A stretch of DNA of 64,000 bases, from assembly GCA_040902745.1 (NCBI GenBank), contig JBBDWR010000019.1, forward strand, positions 1,156 to 65,155, given 5' to 3'. Both the position numbers and the translations under genes were made by a program. The DNA is from Actinomycetota bacterium (lineage in GTDB: Bacteria > Actinomycetota > UBA4738 > HRBIN12). Every line of letters starts with the position of its first letter. Position 1 is the stretch's first letter. Under the pieces are notes generated by a model. That model ran no database searches. It was not told the DNA's origin and worked only from the letters and a program-made list of their open reading frames with translations. Positions 48,674 through 59,406 of this stretch are shown one piece after another.

Positions 48674-50886
48674 CCTCGCGGGGCGGCGGCCTCCGAGCGC
48701 TTGCGAACCCGGGACGCTGCTGCCAGGGTCGCCGCGCGCTCCTCGTCCGACAACGCCGCGCTGCCGAACCGCTCCCGTTCGAAGGTCCGAACCACGAGCT
48801 CCGCATCGTCCACCAGGTCCGGAGCGAGGCCGACGCGGCGGATCCGGCGGAGGAACTCCGACGGCGTCTCCCACGGGCTACGACCCCTGGGCCGGAGTGC
48901 TGCGGATACTTCGGCCAGAGCCCGCCCTGCCTGGGTACTCGGCCCAAAAGGCTGCGGACGACGGCCTCCGCGACGGCGCACCGTCAACCCCACGCCGAGC
49001 GCAAGGAGCGCGGCAAGTGTGGCGGGCCACCATCGCACCGCACCGGCCATCGCACCCACCACCACCCGTCCGATCGCCGACACGCCACGCTTGACGGGAT
49101 CGGGCACCACGGTTTCGAAGAATCGGCCGATCGCACCGATCGCTTTGGGCAGCAGGAATCGATCGGCGATGCTGGAGTCGGCCTGCGGCACACCGAACGT
49201 CGGATCGTAGGAGAGCCAACCTACACCTGGGTACAAGACCTCCACCCAGGCGTGCGCGTCGGACTCCTTGACCTCGAAGTACCCGGTGAACGTGTTGCGA
49301 TCCCCCGGTCCGAACCCGGTGGCGAGCCGCGTGGGTACCCCGACGGCGCGGAGCAGCAGCGCCATCGACGAGGCGATGTGCTCGCAGTATCCCTCCCGCC
49401 GATCGAACAGGAACGTCTCGATCGGGTCCGCTCCGGGGACCTCCCGCGGGACGTCCAGGTTGTATCGGGTGTTGGCGCGGAGCCATCGCTGCACCGCGAG
49501 GACCTTGTCGTATGCCGAATCCTCGCCTGCGGTGATGCGCTCCGCGAGGGTTCGAACCTGCGACGAGAGGCCCGCGGGGAGCTGCGTGTAGCGCTCGAGC
49601 GACTCCTGGGGCCACGCGTCGGGCAGCGAACGCAGTTCGGGCGCCGACACGACGGGGACATGGGACACCACCGAGTAGATCGTGCCCGCGTCGAGCAGGA
49701 TCGGCGCACGGATCGAACCGTAGTTGTCGACGCGCAAACCGCCGGCGGGGAAGTACACCTCTTGGGGCTGCCACGCGCCGAACACCACGTTGGGTTCGCG
49801 GACCTGCACGTAGAAGGTCTGTACGACCCGCTGGGCGAGCGCACTCGACTCGTCGCTCCAAGGGACCCGCTGGGCGCCGCTGCCGATCGCTTCGGTCGAG
49901 ACGGTCCGTCGATCGCCGATCGTCCACTTCGTGCCGTCGAAGACGTCGAAGGCCTCCCCTCGCCACAGACCGGGCTGCTGTGCGCGGACCTTCATGACCA
50001 CATCGTCGGAAAGCGTGCCACGCGACCGGAGGTCGACGGTGTCCCCGAACCCGGGGTAGGCGTTCGCCGTGAAATCCGAGACGTCATCGCCTCCCGGATC
50101 GTTTAGCCCTGGGTTGACGACCTGCCCCTCGAACCCGGAGACGCTCCCCCCGCTGCCCAACTGGAACGGCGGCGTGACCACGACCGCACCCGGCAACCTC
50201 GGGGTGAGCAGGAACGCCCCGCACGCCGTGAGACTCAGCGCCGCCAGGACGACCGCCGCCGTTCGCGCCGGCGCCCATCGAGGGTGCCCACCCCGATTCC
50301 GGGAACGATGGCGAACGATCTCGGCCGGATCGATCGTGTCCGGGCGCGGACGGGCTGTCAGCACGAGCCACGCTCCCATCGCGCCCGCCCATGGGACAAG
50401 GAACAGAACGAACGACGTATCGAGCGACAGGGACCCGGCCTCTGCCATCAGGATCACCGACGATGCGACCGAGAACCCCAGGTCCCGCCGGCGAGGGACG
50501 TCGAAGGAGTGGAGTACCTGAACCCAGAGGAAGAGCGACGCCAGTGAGGTCCGCGCCTCATCCACGCTCTGGGCGTACCGCACGTTCTGCAGGAACGAAC
50601 CGAACGCGGCCAGAAGCGCGACCGCCAGGACGACCTTGGTCCCGCGGTTGGGACGGTGGCGCTGCAGGTGGGAGAACAGGAACCCGGCCGGAGGGAGCAC
50701 CACCGCCGCGATCCCCGTGAAGGCGTCGGTCACGCCCTGGGCCAGCACCGCACCCACCGAGATCATCACGACGACCGCCGCGACGACCCTGATCGCGACC
50801 GAGTCCTCGGGCGGAGCCTTGATCGAACGCATCCGGGCTCGGACCGCCGTCCACAGCCCGGGCCGCGGAGTCGTCAGCTCGCCCAC
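48670..50886 (-). CDS. TgpA-like transglutaminase (DUF3488 + TG core + DUF4129)
   Basis: N-terminal TM segments; GYCEHIASS, HAWVEV, YDPT catalytic triad; ETPSEF. Confidence 0.9.
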   Translation of the reverse strand: MGELTTPRPGLWTAVRARMRSIKAPPEDSVAIRVVAAVVVMISVGAVLAQGVTDAFTGIAAVVLPPAGFLFSHLQRHRPNRGTKVVLAVALLAAFGSFLQNVRYAQSVDEARTSLASLFLWVQVLHSFDVPRRRDLGFSVASSVILMAEAGSLSLDTSFVLFLVPWAGAMGAWLVLTARPRPDTIDPAEIVRHRSRNRGGHPRWAPARTAAVVLAALSLTACGAFLLTPRLPGAVVVTPPFQLGSGGSVSGFEGQVVNPGLNDPGGDDVSDFTANAYPGFGDTVDLRSRGTLSDDVVMKVRAQQPGLWRGEAFDVFDGTKWTIGDRRTVSTEAIGSGAQRVPWSDESSALAQRVVQTFYVQVREPNVVFGAWQPQEVYFPAGGLRVDNYGSIRAPILLDAGTIYSVVSHVPVVSAPELRSLPDAWPQESLERYTQLPAGLSSQVRTLAERITAGEDSAYDKVLAVQRWLRANTRYNLDVPREVPGADPIETFLFDRREGYCEHIASSMALLLRAVGVPTRLATGFGPGDRNTFTGYFEVKESDAHAWVEVLYPGVGWLSYDPTFGVPQADSSIADRFLLPKAIGAIGRFFETVVPDPVKRGVSAIGRVVVGAMAGAVRWWPATLAALLALGVGLTVRRRGGRRPQPFGPSTQAGRALAEVSAALRPRGRSPWETPSEFLRRIRRVGLAPDLVDDAELVVRTFERERFGSAALSDEERAATLAAASRVRKRSEAAAPRG

Positions 50887-52100
50887 GAGGGTCTCCGGTC
50901 CAGGGCATCCGCAAGATCCTCGTCCGGACCGAGGCGCGCCGTGGCAATACCCGAGGAGATGAGCCCAGCTGTCAGGCGATCGACGCCCCGTGGATCCAGC
51001 AGCGGGGCCGACGGGGTTCCCCCGAACGCCGAGGCGTCGACGAGCACGATCTCCGCCTCGGCCACGGCGGAACGCAGGGCGGACGCGGGTGCCACGAGCC
51101 GCTGTGCATCGTTGGCCCGCCACGTCGGAGCTGCCACGAACACCGCACCGGCGTCGCGGAGCCGAGGCTGCAGCTGATGGAGCACGGCATCGAGCGTCAG
51201 TTGGCCACCCCGCTCGAGCTCGGCCAGCCATCGCAGCACGCGATGTGGATCGGCGTCGTCGAGCATCGTCAGCCGACCGGAGGCCGCAGCCACGAGGCGC
51301 ACGCTGGTCTGCTGCCGGAGCGCGGCGAGCGCGACGGACGCGGCGACGGCGCAGCACCGATCCAACGGCGTGTGCTCCTCGCCGATGTCGCCCAACGTGT
51401 CGATCACGATCACGAGGCGCGGACGTTGCTCCTCCTCGAACTCGCGCACCATCACCGCACCGGTGCGCGCCGTCGATGCCCAGTGCACGTGGCGCATGTT
51501 GTCCCCCGGGCGCCACTCTCTTATGCCCAGGTACTCGGGGCCCGTTCCGCGCCGCGGCCGTGAGGCGATCGCGTGCTCGGTGGACGATGCCGGAGCGGCA
51601 ACGGGCGGCGCGTGCAGTCGAACCCAAGCCGGAAGCACGGTCGTCGTGCTCTCCACCGACAGACGGCGCCGAACCCGCCCCACGCCGAACGGCGCCCCCG
51701 ACGTCACGACTACGTCCGACACCGACTGGATGCCACGCCGGGCGGCGATGCGGGAAGCGTCGAGCGTCACCCGCTCGGTCGGAGCGATCGATGCGACGAA
51801 GAGTCGGGTCGAGGCGAGATGTGCGTCCTCGAGTTCGACGAAGTACCGCATCCCTCTGCCACCGTTCTCTACGTCGAGACGTACCCGGACGGGGCGGCCT
51901 TGCGTCGCCTCCGAGGGCGCGCTCCGGGTGACGCGGATATCGCGAACCATCCACCAGGGGAGTACCAGGCCGCTCAGCGCTGCGCCGAGCAGCAGCGCGG
52001 ACAACACGAAGAGCCAGCCCGACTGCACGTTGGTTCCGATCAGGAACAGGAGCACGCTCCCGCCGACGAGTGCAGCGAACCGTTTCGTGGGCCTGGGCAT
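50874..52100 (-). CDS. DUF58 domain protein
   Basis: EYLGIREWRPGDNMRHVHWASTARTG..MVREFE. Confidence 0.9.
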   Translation of the reverse strand: MPRPTKRFAALVGGSVLLFLIGTNVQSGWLFVLSALLLGAALSGLVLPWWMVRDIRVTRSAPSEATQGRPVRVRLDVENGGRGMRYFVELEDAHLASTRLFVASIAPTERVTLDASRIAARRGIQSVSDVVVTSGAPFGVGRVRRRLSVESTTTVLPAWVRLHAPPVAAPASSTEHAIASRPRRGTGPEYLGIREWRPGDNMRHVHWASTARTGAVMVREFEEEQRPRLVIVIDTLGDIGEEHTPLDRCCAVAASVALAALRQQTSVRLVAAASGRLTMLDDADPHRVLRWLAELERGGQLTLDAVLHQLQPRLRDAGAVFVAAPTWRANDAQRLVAPASALRSAVAEAEIVLVDASAFGGTPSAPLLDPRGVDRLTAGLISSGIATARLGPDEDLADALDRRPSWAS

Positions 52101-52104
52101 CGCC

Positions 52105-53073
52105 TTAGGCGATCCCGGCCGCGCCGAGCGGCACGGGAACCTGGTCGAGCAGCTGGCGAACGAGATCACGTCCTGCAGCGATCGATTGCCCGTACCCCTT
52201 GGCCACCACCCGATGACCGAGGACCGACGACGCGAGCGACTTGACGTCGTCGGGAAGGACGTACGGACGACCGTCCCCGATCGCGCTCGCCTGGGCCGCG
52301 CGCGTCAACATCAGCATCGATCGAGGCGACGCACCCAGCGTCACCTCGGGATGCGACCGGGTCGCCTCAACCAAGGAGGCGACGTAGTCGATCACGAAGT
52401 CGTCGACGTGGACCGAACGGACCGCCGCCTGATGGTGCAGGATCTCCTCCGGCGTCAACACCTGGGGCAGCTCGGCGATCGGATGCGACGTCATCTGGCG
52501 CCGAACGATCTCTTTCGCCTGGCCGCGTTCCGGGTAGCTCACCTGCACCGTCATCGTGAAGCGGTCCAGCTGCCCCTCGGGCAACGGGTACGTGCCGTGC
52601 TGCTCGAACGGATTTTCGGTCGCGACGAGCAAGAACGGCAGCGGCAGCGGGTGCGTGACGCCTTCGACCGTCGCCTGCCGTTCCTCCATCGGTTCCAACA
52701 GCGCTGACTGGGTGCGGGGAGTCGTCCGGTTGATCTCGTCGACGAGGACGACGTTGGCGAACAGCGGTCCCGCGACGAAGTGGAACTCCCCTCGCCCCTG
52801 GTCGTAGACGGAGATCCCGGTCAGGTCCGAGGGGAGAAGGTCGGGGGTCGCCTGGACCCGGCTGAAGCTGCCGCCGATCGATCGTGCCAAAGCGCGCGCG
52901 AGCATCGTCTTTCCGACCCCCGGTACCCCCTCGAGCAGCAGGTTCCCCTCCGCGAAGAGACAGACGGCAGCAGCCCGGACGGCAGGCGTGCTCCCCGCGA
53001 TCACACGCTCGATGTTGCCGACCAGGCGCTGGAACGCTGCAGTGGTCTCGTCCAGGCCGACGTCGCTGTGCAT
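52105..53073 (-). CDS. moxR: MoxR-family AAA+ ATPase
   Basis: GVPGVGKT, TPDLLPSD, DEINR, QSALLE, LPEGQLDRF, GASPR. Confidence 0.93.
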   Translation of the reverse strand: MHSDVGLDETTAAFQRLVGNIERVIAGSTPAVRAAAVCLFAEGNLLLEGVPGVGKTMLARALARSIGGSFSRVQATPDLLPSDLTGISVYDQGRGEFHFVAGPLFANVVLVDEINRTTPRTQSALLEPMEERQATVEGVTHPLPLPFLLVATENPFEQHGTYPLPEGQLDRFTMTVQVSYPERGQAKEIVRRQMTSHPIAELPQVLTPEEILHHQAAVRSVHVDDFVIDYVASLVEATRSHPEVTLGASPRSMLMLTRAAQASAIGDGRPYVLPDDVKSLASSVLGHRVVAKGYGQSIAAGRDLVRQLLDQVPVPLGAAGIA

Positions 53074-53185
53074 TAAGGTCTCGTTGCAGTCATCGTCGGC
53101 GCCCGGAGGGGACTTGAGACGTGGGGCGCCGGGGGGTCCCGCGGGCCGATCGGGGGAGCCAGATCCGCGTTCGGCCGCCGTTCGG

Positions 53186-54205
53186 CTAGGCCTTCTTCTT
53201 CGCGAGGGCGGAGATCGCCTCGAGCACGCACCGGTGGGCGACGGCGGCCGTGACATCGGCGTGATCGAATGGCGGGGAGACCTCGACGACGTCCATCCCG
53301 GCGAGATCGACCGCCCCGACGATCTGGCGCACGGCGCGCAGCATCTCCCTCGTGAGCATCCCGCCGGGTTCGGGCGTCCCCGTCCCCGGTGCCATCCCGG
53401 GATCGATCACGTCCACGTCGATCGAGAGGTAGATCAGATCAGGTCCGTCGAGCGCTTCGGCGATCGCGTCGGCGACCACGGCGTCTGCCCCTCGTTCCTC
53501 GATCTCGACCATGCGATGCCACCGCATGCCCTGTTCGCGCATCCAGTCGAAGGTCTCCTTCTCGGGCCAGTACCCGCGGAGTCCGACCTGAACGAAGTTG
53601 GAGCCCGCAACCCATCCCTCTTCGATCAACCGCCGCATCGGCGTGCCGTGCGAGACGAGGGATCCCCAGACCTCCCGCCCCGTGTCGGCGTGCGCGTCGA
53701 AATGTACGACCCCCACACGCCCGCGATCGTGCGCTCGAGCGACCGCCGCCGCGCTTGGGTAGGTGATCGAATGATCGCCGCCGAGCACGACCGGGATCGC
53801 ACCCGTTCGCGCCACACGCAAGACCTTCTCGTGGATCACGCGGAGCCCGCGGCTCAGGCGGGATGGGACGACGGGCGCGTCTCCGGCATCCACGACATTG
53901 ACTTTGGAGAAGACCTCGCCCTCGAGCTGGATCGACCACAGATCACCGGAGTGATAGGTCGCCTGACGGATCGCTCGCGGTCCGAACCGCGCTCCGGGAC
54001 GGTTGGACGCGCCGTCGTCGAGCGGTGCGCCGACGATCGCCACCTCCGCGCCGCTCGCGGCCAGAGCCTCATCGGAGTCGCAGAGGGGTCGCTTCTGGAA
54101 CGTGGTCGACCCCACGTAGCTCGGCAGGCCGTAGTCGTCGAACTCCGTGAACTCGTCGTCGCCGAATTCCTCGGCCCGGTCGATCCGGAACTCGCGATCG
54201 GTCAC
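53186..54205 (-). CDS. speB: Agmatinase / ureohydrolase
   Basis: RPGARFGP, GGDHS, DAHAD, SHGTP, SIDVDVIDP, GTGTPEPGG. Confidence 0.88.
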   Translation of the reverse strand: MTDREFRIDRAEEFGDDEFTEFDDYGLPSYVGSTTFQKRPLCDSDEALAASGAEVAIVGAPLDDGASNRPGARFGPRAIRQATYHSGDLWSIQLEGEVFSKVNVVDAGDAPVVPSRLSRGLRVIHEKVLRVARTGAIPVVLGGDHSITYPSAAAVARAHDRGRVGVVHFDAHADTGREVWGSLVSHGTPMRRLIEEGWVAGSNFVQVGLRGYWPEKETFDWMREQGMRWHRMVEIEERGADAVVADAIAEALDGPDLIYLSIDVDVIDPGMAPGTGTPEPGGMLTREMLRAVRQIVGAVDLAGMDVVEVSPPFDHADVTAAVAHRCVLEAISALAKKKA

Positions 54206-54280
54206 CAGCGCTCCCTCGTCTCGTGCCGCGTGACCCTAGCCGGACGACGACGGGGGCACAACACGAGGCCGTGACGCGGC

Positions 54281-55633
54281 CTAGCCGAGTCGCTCGTTCG
54301 CGAGCTCGAACGCCGTCCCGAGCGCGCGAGAACCGGTCGGGAACGCGTGTATCGCGTCGGCGAGCACGGGGATCGGGATCTCGAGCTTGAGCGCAATCAC
54401 GGCCTCGCCGGTGAACTCGGACGCTCCGGGCGCGGCCGCGAACACCCCGACGGGGACCTTGCGCTCGCGATCGACTACGACCGAGACATGGCCGCGGGAG
54501 CCTTCGGTGGCCTGACCGCGGGCGGTCGTCGTGAAATCGACCGTGACTTCGAACACGTCTATCCCCTCCTGCTGAGCCTCTTCGACCGTCTTGCCGACGG
54601 CGCCGGCGTCCGGATCGGTGAACGTGGCGCGCGGTACCGAAGACAGATCGGCGGTGCACGGCCGGCCCGCTGCGTTGCGCCCGGCGATGCGACCCTCGTA
54701 GTAGGCGAGATGCGTGAACTGCGGGCCCCCTGCGCAGTCGCCCGCGACGAAGACCGCGTTACCGATCGCCATCCGCTCGTCGGGATCGGCCGACCCCCCG
54801 TCGGTCAGGCGGGCGCCCGTCTCCTCCAGACCCAGTGCGCCGAGGTCGTCGCCCCTGCGGCCGACGGCAACGAGCAACTCGGCTCCCTCGACCACGACCC
54901 CGTCGGACAAGCTCACCTTGCGCCCGGCGCCACCGGACTCGACCTTCTGTGCGCGAACTCCCAGCCGCAGTTGGACCCCGTCTTCGGCGAGCTGTGCCCC
55001 CACCGCCTTGGAGGTCAGCGGGTGATCCCGGGAGAGGATGCGATCCGAGGCCTCAACGAGCGTGACCTTCGAGCCGAACCGCGCGAAGACCTGCGCGAGT
55101 TCGACGCCGATCGGCCCACCGCCGAGCACAACCAGGCTCGAGGGGAGCTCACGCGTCGTGGTGGCCTCACGACTGGTCCAGTACCCCGAGTCCGAGAGTC
55201 CTTCGAGCGGGGGAACGACGTTGCGCGAGCCGGTGGCGACGATCAGCGATCGCCCTTCGAGGGTCCGAGGCGGCCCATCGGGCACCACCACCTCGATGCG
55301 ACCGGGTCCCACGACACGGGCCGGGCCCCGGACAAGCTCGATCCCGAGGTCGGCGAAGTTCCGCGCGTGCCCGCTGTCGTCCTGGCGGTCGGTGCCCTCG
55401 CGACTGATCATCCAGTCGCGGCGGTCGGATGCGCGCTTCCACGGGTAGTCGGAGCCGAGCGCACGCCGATGTGCGGCGTCCAGCAGCGTCTTCGACGGCA
55501 TGCACGCCCAGAACGGGCACTCACCGCCGAGCAACTCGCGCTCGACGACCGCGACGCTCGCCCCTGCCTCGTTCGCGGCGGTGGCGGCCGACTCACCGGC
55601 CGAACCGCCACCGATCACCACCACGTCGTGCAT
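54281..55633 (-). CDS. Pyridine nucleotide-disulfide oxidoreductase (Lpd/MerA-like)
   Basis: GGGSAG, GGECPFWACMPSK redox disulfide, GGGPIGVE, HAFPT. Confidence 0.88.
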   Translation of the reverse strand: MHDVVVIGGGSAGESAATAANEAGASVAVVERELLGGECPFWACMPSKTLLDAAHRRALGSDYPWKRASDRRDWMISREGTDRQDDSGHARNFADLGIELVRGPARVVGPGRIEVVVPDGPPRTLEGRSLIVATGSRNVVPPLEGLSDSGYWTSREATTTRELPSSLVVLGGGPIGVELAQVFARFGSKVTLVEASDRILSRDHPLTSKAVGAQLAEDGVQLRLGVRAQKVESGGAGRKVSLSDGVVVEGAELLVAVGRRGDDLGALGLEETGARLTDGGSADPDERMAIGNAVFVAGDCAGGPQFTHLAYYEGRIAGRNAAGRPCTADLSSVPRATFTDPDAGAVGKTVEEAQQEGIDVFEVTVDFTTTARGQATEGSRGHVSVVVDRERKVPVGVFAAAPGASEFTGEAVIALKLEIPIPVLADAIHAFPTGSRALGTAFELANERLG

Positions 55634-55667
55634 CGGACACCTCCCGGAGAACGCAGCGCCCGAAACC

Positions 55668-56609
55668 CTACGAAGCGAGCTCCTTCTCCGTCAGGTAGTC
55701 GCTCGCCACATCCTCGACGTCCTCGCGGTCGTTCTGGATGCGATCGACCATCGACACCATGTCCTCGTCCGTGAGCGAGGTCGTCACCGGGTCGAGGAGC
55801 GCCTGCAGTGCCGGCGACGACACGTCCTGACGGACGATCGGCGCGAAGTTGCCGACGGCGAGCATCTGCTTGTCGTCGGGCAGGATCACGAACCCCTTGT
55901 CGTCGATCGTCGGATCCAGGGAGAACAGCACTCCCACCTGGACCGCACCGCTGTCGAGCGCTGCAACCGTCTTCGGTCCGCCGAAGTCCAGCTTGCGGAT
56001 GTCGGCGAACTCGACCCCATACACCTTCTTGAGTCCCGGTTCGCAGAAGGGGTTCGTCGGGCAATCCGGCGGCGCCCCGAGCGAGAGGTCGGCCGCCGGT
56101 CCTGAGAGGGAGCTGAGGTTGCTGAGCGAGTACTGACCGATGACCTCCGGCGTCGCGACGAAGACGTTCGAGCTGTTGGCCGGGGAGATGCCGTAGATGT
56201 CCAACCCCTTGTCGGCCGCCTCGTCGGCCAGCCGCTGCGCGACTTCCTCTGGCGTCCCGCTAGCGTCCGCGCTCTCGTCGAAGGTGAGGAGTTCGGGCCC
56301 TGTGTACTCGGGCTTGAGGTCGATCTCCCCGCTCTCCAGCGCCGTGTTGCCGACGTCGCGGCTCTCGATGTCCAGCTCTCGCGTGACGTCGTAGCCGTTC
56401 TGTTCCAGCACCTGCGCGTACATCTCCGCCACGACCTGGTTCTCGGCGAAGGCGCCGGACACACCGATCGTGATGGCGGTCTGACCCTCGCCGGCGTCGC
56501 TGTTGTTCGGGTCCTCGTTCGCGTCGTCCCCACCCGACCCGCACGCGGCGGCGATCAACGCCAGCGCGAGCACGGTCGCCCCAAGGACGAACCTGCGGTG
56601 CTTCCGCAT
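55668..56609 (-). CDS. Opu/ProX-family ABC substrate-binding lipoprotein
   Basis: Lipobox IAAAC; KPEYTG, CPTNPFCEPGLKKVYG. Confidence 0.88.
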   Translation of the reverse strand: MRKHRRFVLGATVLALALIAAACGSGGDDANEDPNNSDAGEGQTAITIGVSGAFAENQVVAEMYAQVLEQNGYDVTRELDIESRDVGNTALESGEIDLKPEYTGPELLTFDESADASGTPEEVAQRLADEAADKGLDIYGISPANSSNVFVATPEVIGQYSLSNLSSLSGPAADLSLGAPPDCPTNPFCEPGLKKVYGVEFADIRKLDFGGPKTVAALDSGAVQVGVLFSLDPTIDDKGFVILPDDKQMLAVGNFAPIVRQDVSSPALQALLDPVTTSLTDEDMVSMVDRIQNDREDVEDVASDYLTEKELAS

Positions 56610-56763
56610 GGGTACTCCCCCTCTTCTCAATGTCGCAGCCGGGGCGGTAGGCGCCGGCTTCGGACCCGCGAACCCTAGCAGCAGGCTGCGCGCCGGTGCC
56701 ACCCACGGGCTCTCCGGAACCGACGGCCGCGGCCCGTAGTCCGTCGCTGCGTCGCAAGCCTCC

Positions 56764-57522
56764 TCACGCACCCGAAGGGTTCACCGGTGGATGCGACGGG
56801 GCAGGACCCGGTGGCACCATCGCGCGCCGACCGCGCCGACCCGACGAGCGCGTCCGAGGGGTCGTCATCCATGTGAGGAGCGAGAAGAGCAGCTCCGTGG
56901 CAACCGCGAGCCCCGCCACCAGGAGGGCGCCGGCGACCAGCTTGGGCGTGTCCTGTTGTGCGTAGCCGTCCACGATGTATCGGCCGAGCGTGCCACCCCC
57001 GATCAGCGCGGACAGGGTAGCCGTCGCGACGATCGTGACCGCTGCCAGCCGCAGGCCGGTCATGATCAGCGGGATCGCGAGGGGTACTTCGAGCCTCGCG
57101 AGGACCTGTCGACCGGTCATCCCCATCCCTCGAGCCGCCTCGACCGTGTCGGGATCGACCTGCTGGACACCGACGTAGGTGTTGACCAGGATCGAGGGGA
57201 TCCCCAGCAGCGTGAGGGCGATGAATGTCGGCGCGAACCCGAACGCGTACGCGGGCCAGTTGCTCACGAAGACCAGATACATCACCGACACGATCGCGAG
57301 GGAGGGGATCGCGCGTCCCATATTCGCGATCTGCACGGCGACGACCTGGCCTCGGCGGGTGTGCCCTACGACGAGTCCGACCGGTACCGCGATCAGGGCC
57401 GCAACGATCAAGGAGACCACCGACAGCTCGATGTGCTGAACGAGTCGCGCAAAAATGCCGTCCGGGCCGCTCCAGTGCTGTGGGTCGGCGATCCACCCGA
57501 AGCCCTCCGTCAGCTCGTTCAC
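56764..57522 (-). CDS. Opu/ProW-family ABC permease
   Basis: RAIPSLA, EAARGMGMT, EVPLAIP. Confidence 0.9.
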   Translation of the reverse strand: MNELTEGFGWIADPQHWSGPDGIFARLVQHIELSVVSLIVAALIAVPVGLVVGHTRRGQVVAVQIANMGRAIPSLAIVSVMYLVFVSNWPAYAFGFAPTFIALTLLGIPSILVNTYVGVQQVDPDTVEAARGMGMTGRQVLARLEVPLAIPLIMTGLRLAAVTIVATATLSALIGGGTLGRYIVDGYAQQDTPKLVAGALLVAGLAVATELLFSLLTWMTTPRTRSSGRRGRRAMVPPGPAPSHPPVNPSGA

Positions 57523-58196
57523 GTCGTGACCACCCGCATCCCTCGTGCCCACGGCGTGGTCAGACGCTGGATGCCGAGCAGACCGATGTCGGCGAGCAGC
57601 GCCAAGACGAGCGAGAGGAACGAGCCCAGCAGCAGCGGGGTCCAAAAGTCGGTCTCGAGTCCTTCGAAGATCAGCTGCCCGAACCCTCCCCGGCCGATCA
57701 GCCCCCCGATCGTCGCGAGCCCGATCGTGCTCACCGTGGCGATACGGATCCCCGCGATGATCACCGGCGCGGCCATCGGCAGTTCCACGCGCCACAGCAG
57801 CTGACGCGAGGTGTAGCCCATCCCCGTCGCCGCCTCCTTGACGTCCTGTGGTACCCCGTCGAGTCCCGCGACGACGTTGCGGATCAGGATCAGCAGGCAG
57901 TACCCGGTCAACGGGATCACCACCGTCGTCAGGCTCAGCCCGGTGATCGGGATCAGGAACGCGATCGCCGCCAGACTCGGGATCGTGTAGAGGATCCCGC
58001 TGATCCACGTCACCGGCGGGTACAGACGCCGGTGACGCTGGGCGACGATCGCGATCGGGAGCCCGATCAGCAGGGCGAGCCCGACGGCCGACACCGTGAG
58101 CACCACGTGCTGGAGCCCGTCGGCCGCGATCTCATCGAGATGGTCGGCGATCCAATCCCAGCGGATCAGTGGCTCTCCGCCCGCCTGCGCGATCAT
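57519..58196 (-). CDS. Opu/ProW-family ABC permease
   Basis: YTIPSLA, EAATGMGY, VELPMAAP. Confidence 0.9.
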   Translation of the reverse strand: MIAQAGGEPLIRWDWIADHLDEIAADGLQHVVLTVSAVGLALLIGLPIAIVAQRHRRLYPPVTWISGILYTIPSLAAIAFLIPITGLSLTTVVIPLTGYCLLILIRNVVAGLDGVPQDVKEAATGMGYTSRQLLWRVELPMAAPVIIAGIRIATVSTIGLATIGGLIGRGGFGQLIFEGLETDFWTPLLLGSFLSLVLALLADIGLLGIQRLTTPWARGMRVVTT

Positions 58197-58218
58197 CGGT
58201 TCCGAACCGGTCGACGGA

Positions 58219-59358
58219 TCACGTCACGATCTCCTTCGAGATGTGCTCGAGGGTGAGGATGCCCCGGTAGTGCTGTCCCTCGGTGACGACGACCGCCACC
58301 TGTGTGCGGCTGGTCACGACCGAGTCCAAAGCGATGCGCAGCGAATCTTCGTCCGTGACGTAGGCGGAGAACCTGCGAGGTTGCACCTGCGACACGGTGG
58401 CAACCCCTTCGAGCTGCGATTCCTCGATCCAGCCGAGCAGCTCGTCGCCGTCCACGACACTCGCCCAGTCGCCCCCGAACGCTCGCATCACCCTGCGCGC
58501 CTCTTCGGCGGTCGTGCCGGGGGCCACGACGGGCCCCTCTTCGACCCCGATGTCCCCGACCTTGGTCAACGCGAGCCGCCTGAGGCCGCGTTCATACCCC
58601 AAGAACTCCTCGACGAACGGGTTCGCGGGTTCGCGCAGCATCCGCTCCGGGGGGGCGTACTGCTCGAGGACACCGCCCACGTTGAGCAGGGCGATCCGAT
58701 CCGCGAGCTTGATCGCCTCGTCGATGTCGTGGGTGACGAACACGATCGTCTTGCGTAGCCGTTCCTGGATCGACAGGAACTCCTCCTGCAACCGGCCTCG
58801 GACGATCGGATCCACCGCCGCGAAGGGCTCATCCATCAACATCACGCCCGGGTCGGCTGCGAGTGCTCGCGCCACACCGACGCGCTGTCGCTGCCCGCCG
58901 CTGAGCTCACCCGGGTATCGAGCCAATAGATCGTCGTCGAGCTCGAACAGCTCGGCCATCTCCTGCACCCGCGCGGCGATCCGTTTGGCGTCCCAACCAA
59001 GGAGGCGAGGCACCGTGCCGATGTTGTCCTCGATCGTTCGATGGGGCAGCAGCCCAACCGTCTGGATCACGTAGCCGATCCGCCGCCGCAGCTGCACCGG
59101 ATCCTGTTCCAAGACGTTGGTGCCTTCGAGCAGGATCCGCCCGGACGTCGGCTCGATCAGCCGGTTGATCATCTTCAGGGTGGTCGTCTTGCCGCACCCC
59201 GACGGCCCGATCAGTGCAGTGATCTGGCCCGCATGGATGTCCAGGGAGAGGTTCCCCACCGCGTCGCGGTCCGCGTTCGGGAAGCGCTTCGCGACGTCGA
59301 TCAGTGCGATCGCCGCATCGCCGCCTGCTGCCTCGGCCACTTCCGCTTGCCTCCCCAC
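58219..59358 (-). CDS. Opu/ProV-family ABC ATPase with CBS domains
   Basis: GPSGCGKT, LSGGQRQR, MDEPF, VTHD, C-terminal CBS pair. Confidence 0.92.
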   Translation of the reverse strand: MGRQAEVAEAAGGDAAIALIDVAKRFPNADRDAVGNLSLDIHAGQITALIGPSGCGKTTTLKMINRLIEPTSGRILLEGTNVLEQDPVQLRRRIGYVIQTVGLLPHRTIEDNIGTVPRLLGWDAKRIAARVQEMAELFELDDDLLARYPGELSGGQRQRVGVARALAADPGVMLMDEPFAAVDPIVRGRLQEEFLSIQERLRKTIVFVTHDIDEAIKLADRIALLNVGGVLEQYAPPERMLREPANPFVEEFLGYERGLRRLALTKVGDIGVEEGPVVAPGTTAEEARRVMRAFGGDWASVVDGDELLGWIEESQLEGVATVSQVQPRRFSAYVTDEDSLRIALDSVVTSRTQVAVVVTEGQHYRGILTLEHISKEIVT

Positions 59359-59406
59359 GCCTCGGCGGCACTCCGGGCAGGAGTCTAGAGCGCCATCGGT
59401 CGATGT

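Noticed and set aside
48670-53073. MoxR-DUF58-transglutaminase as a novel system
   Set aside because: A widespread, already described gene triad; nothing atypical seen
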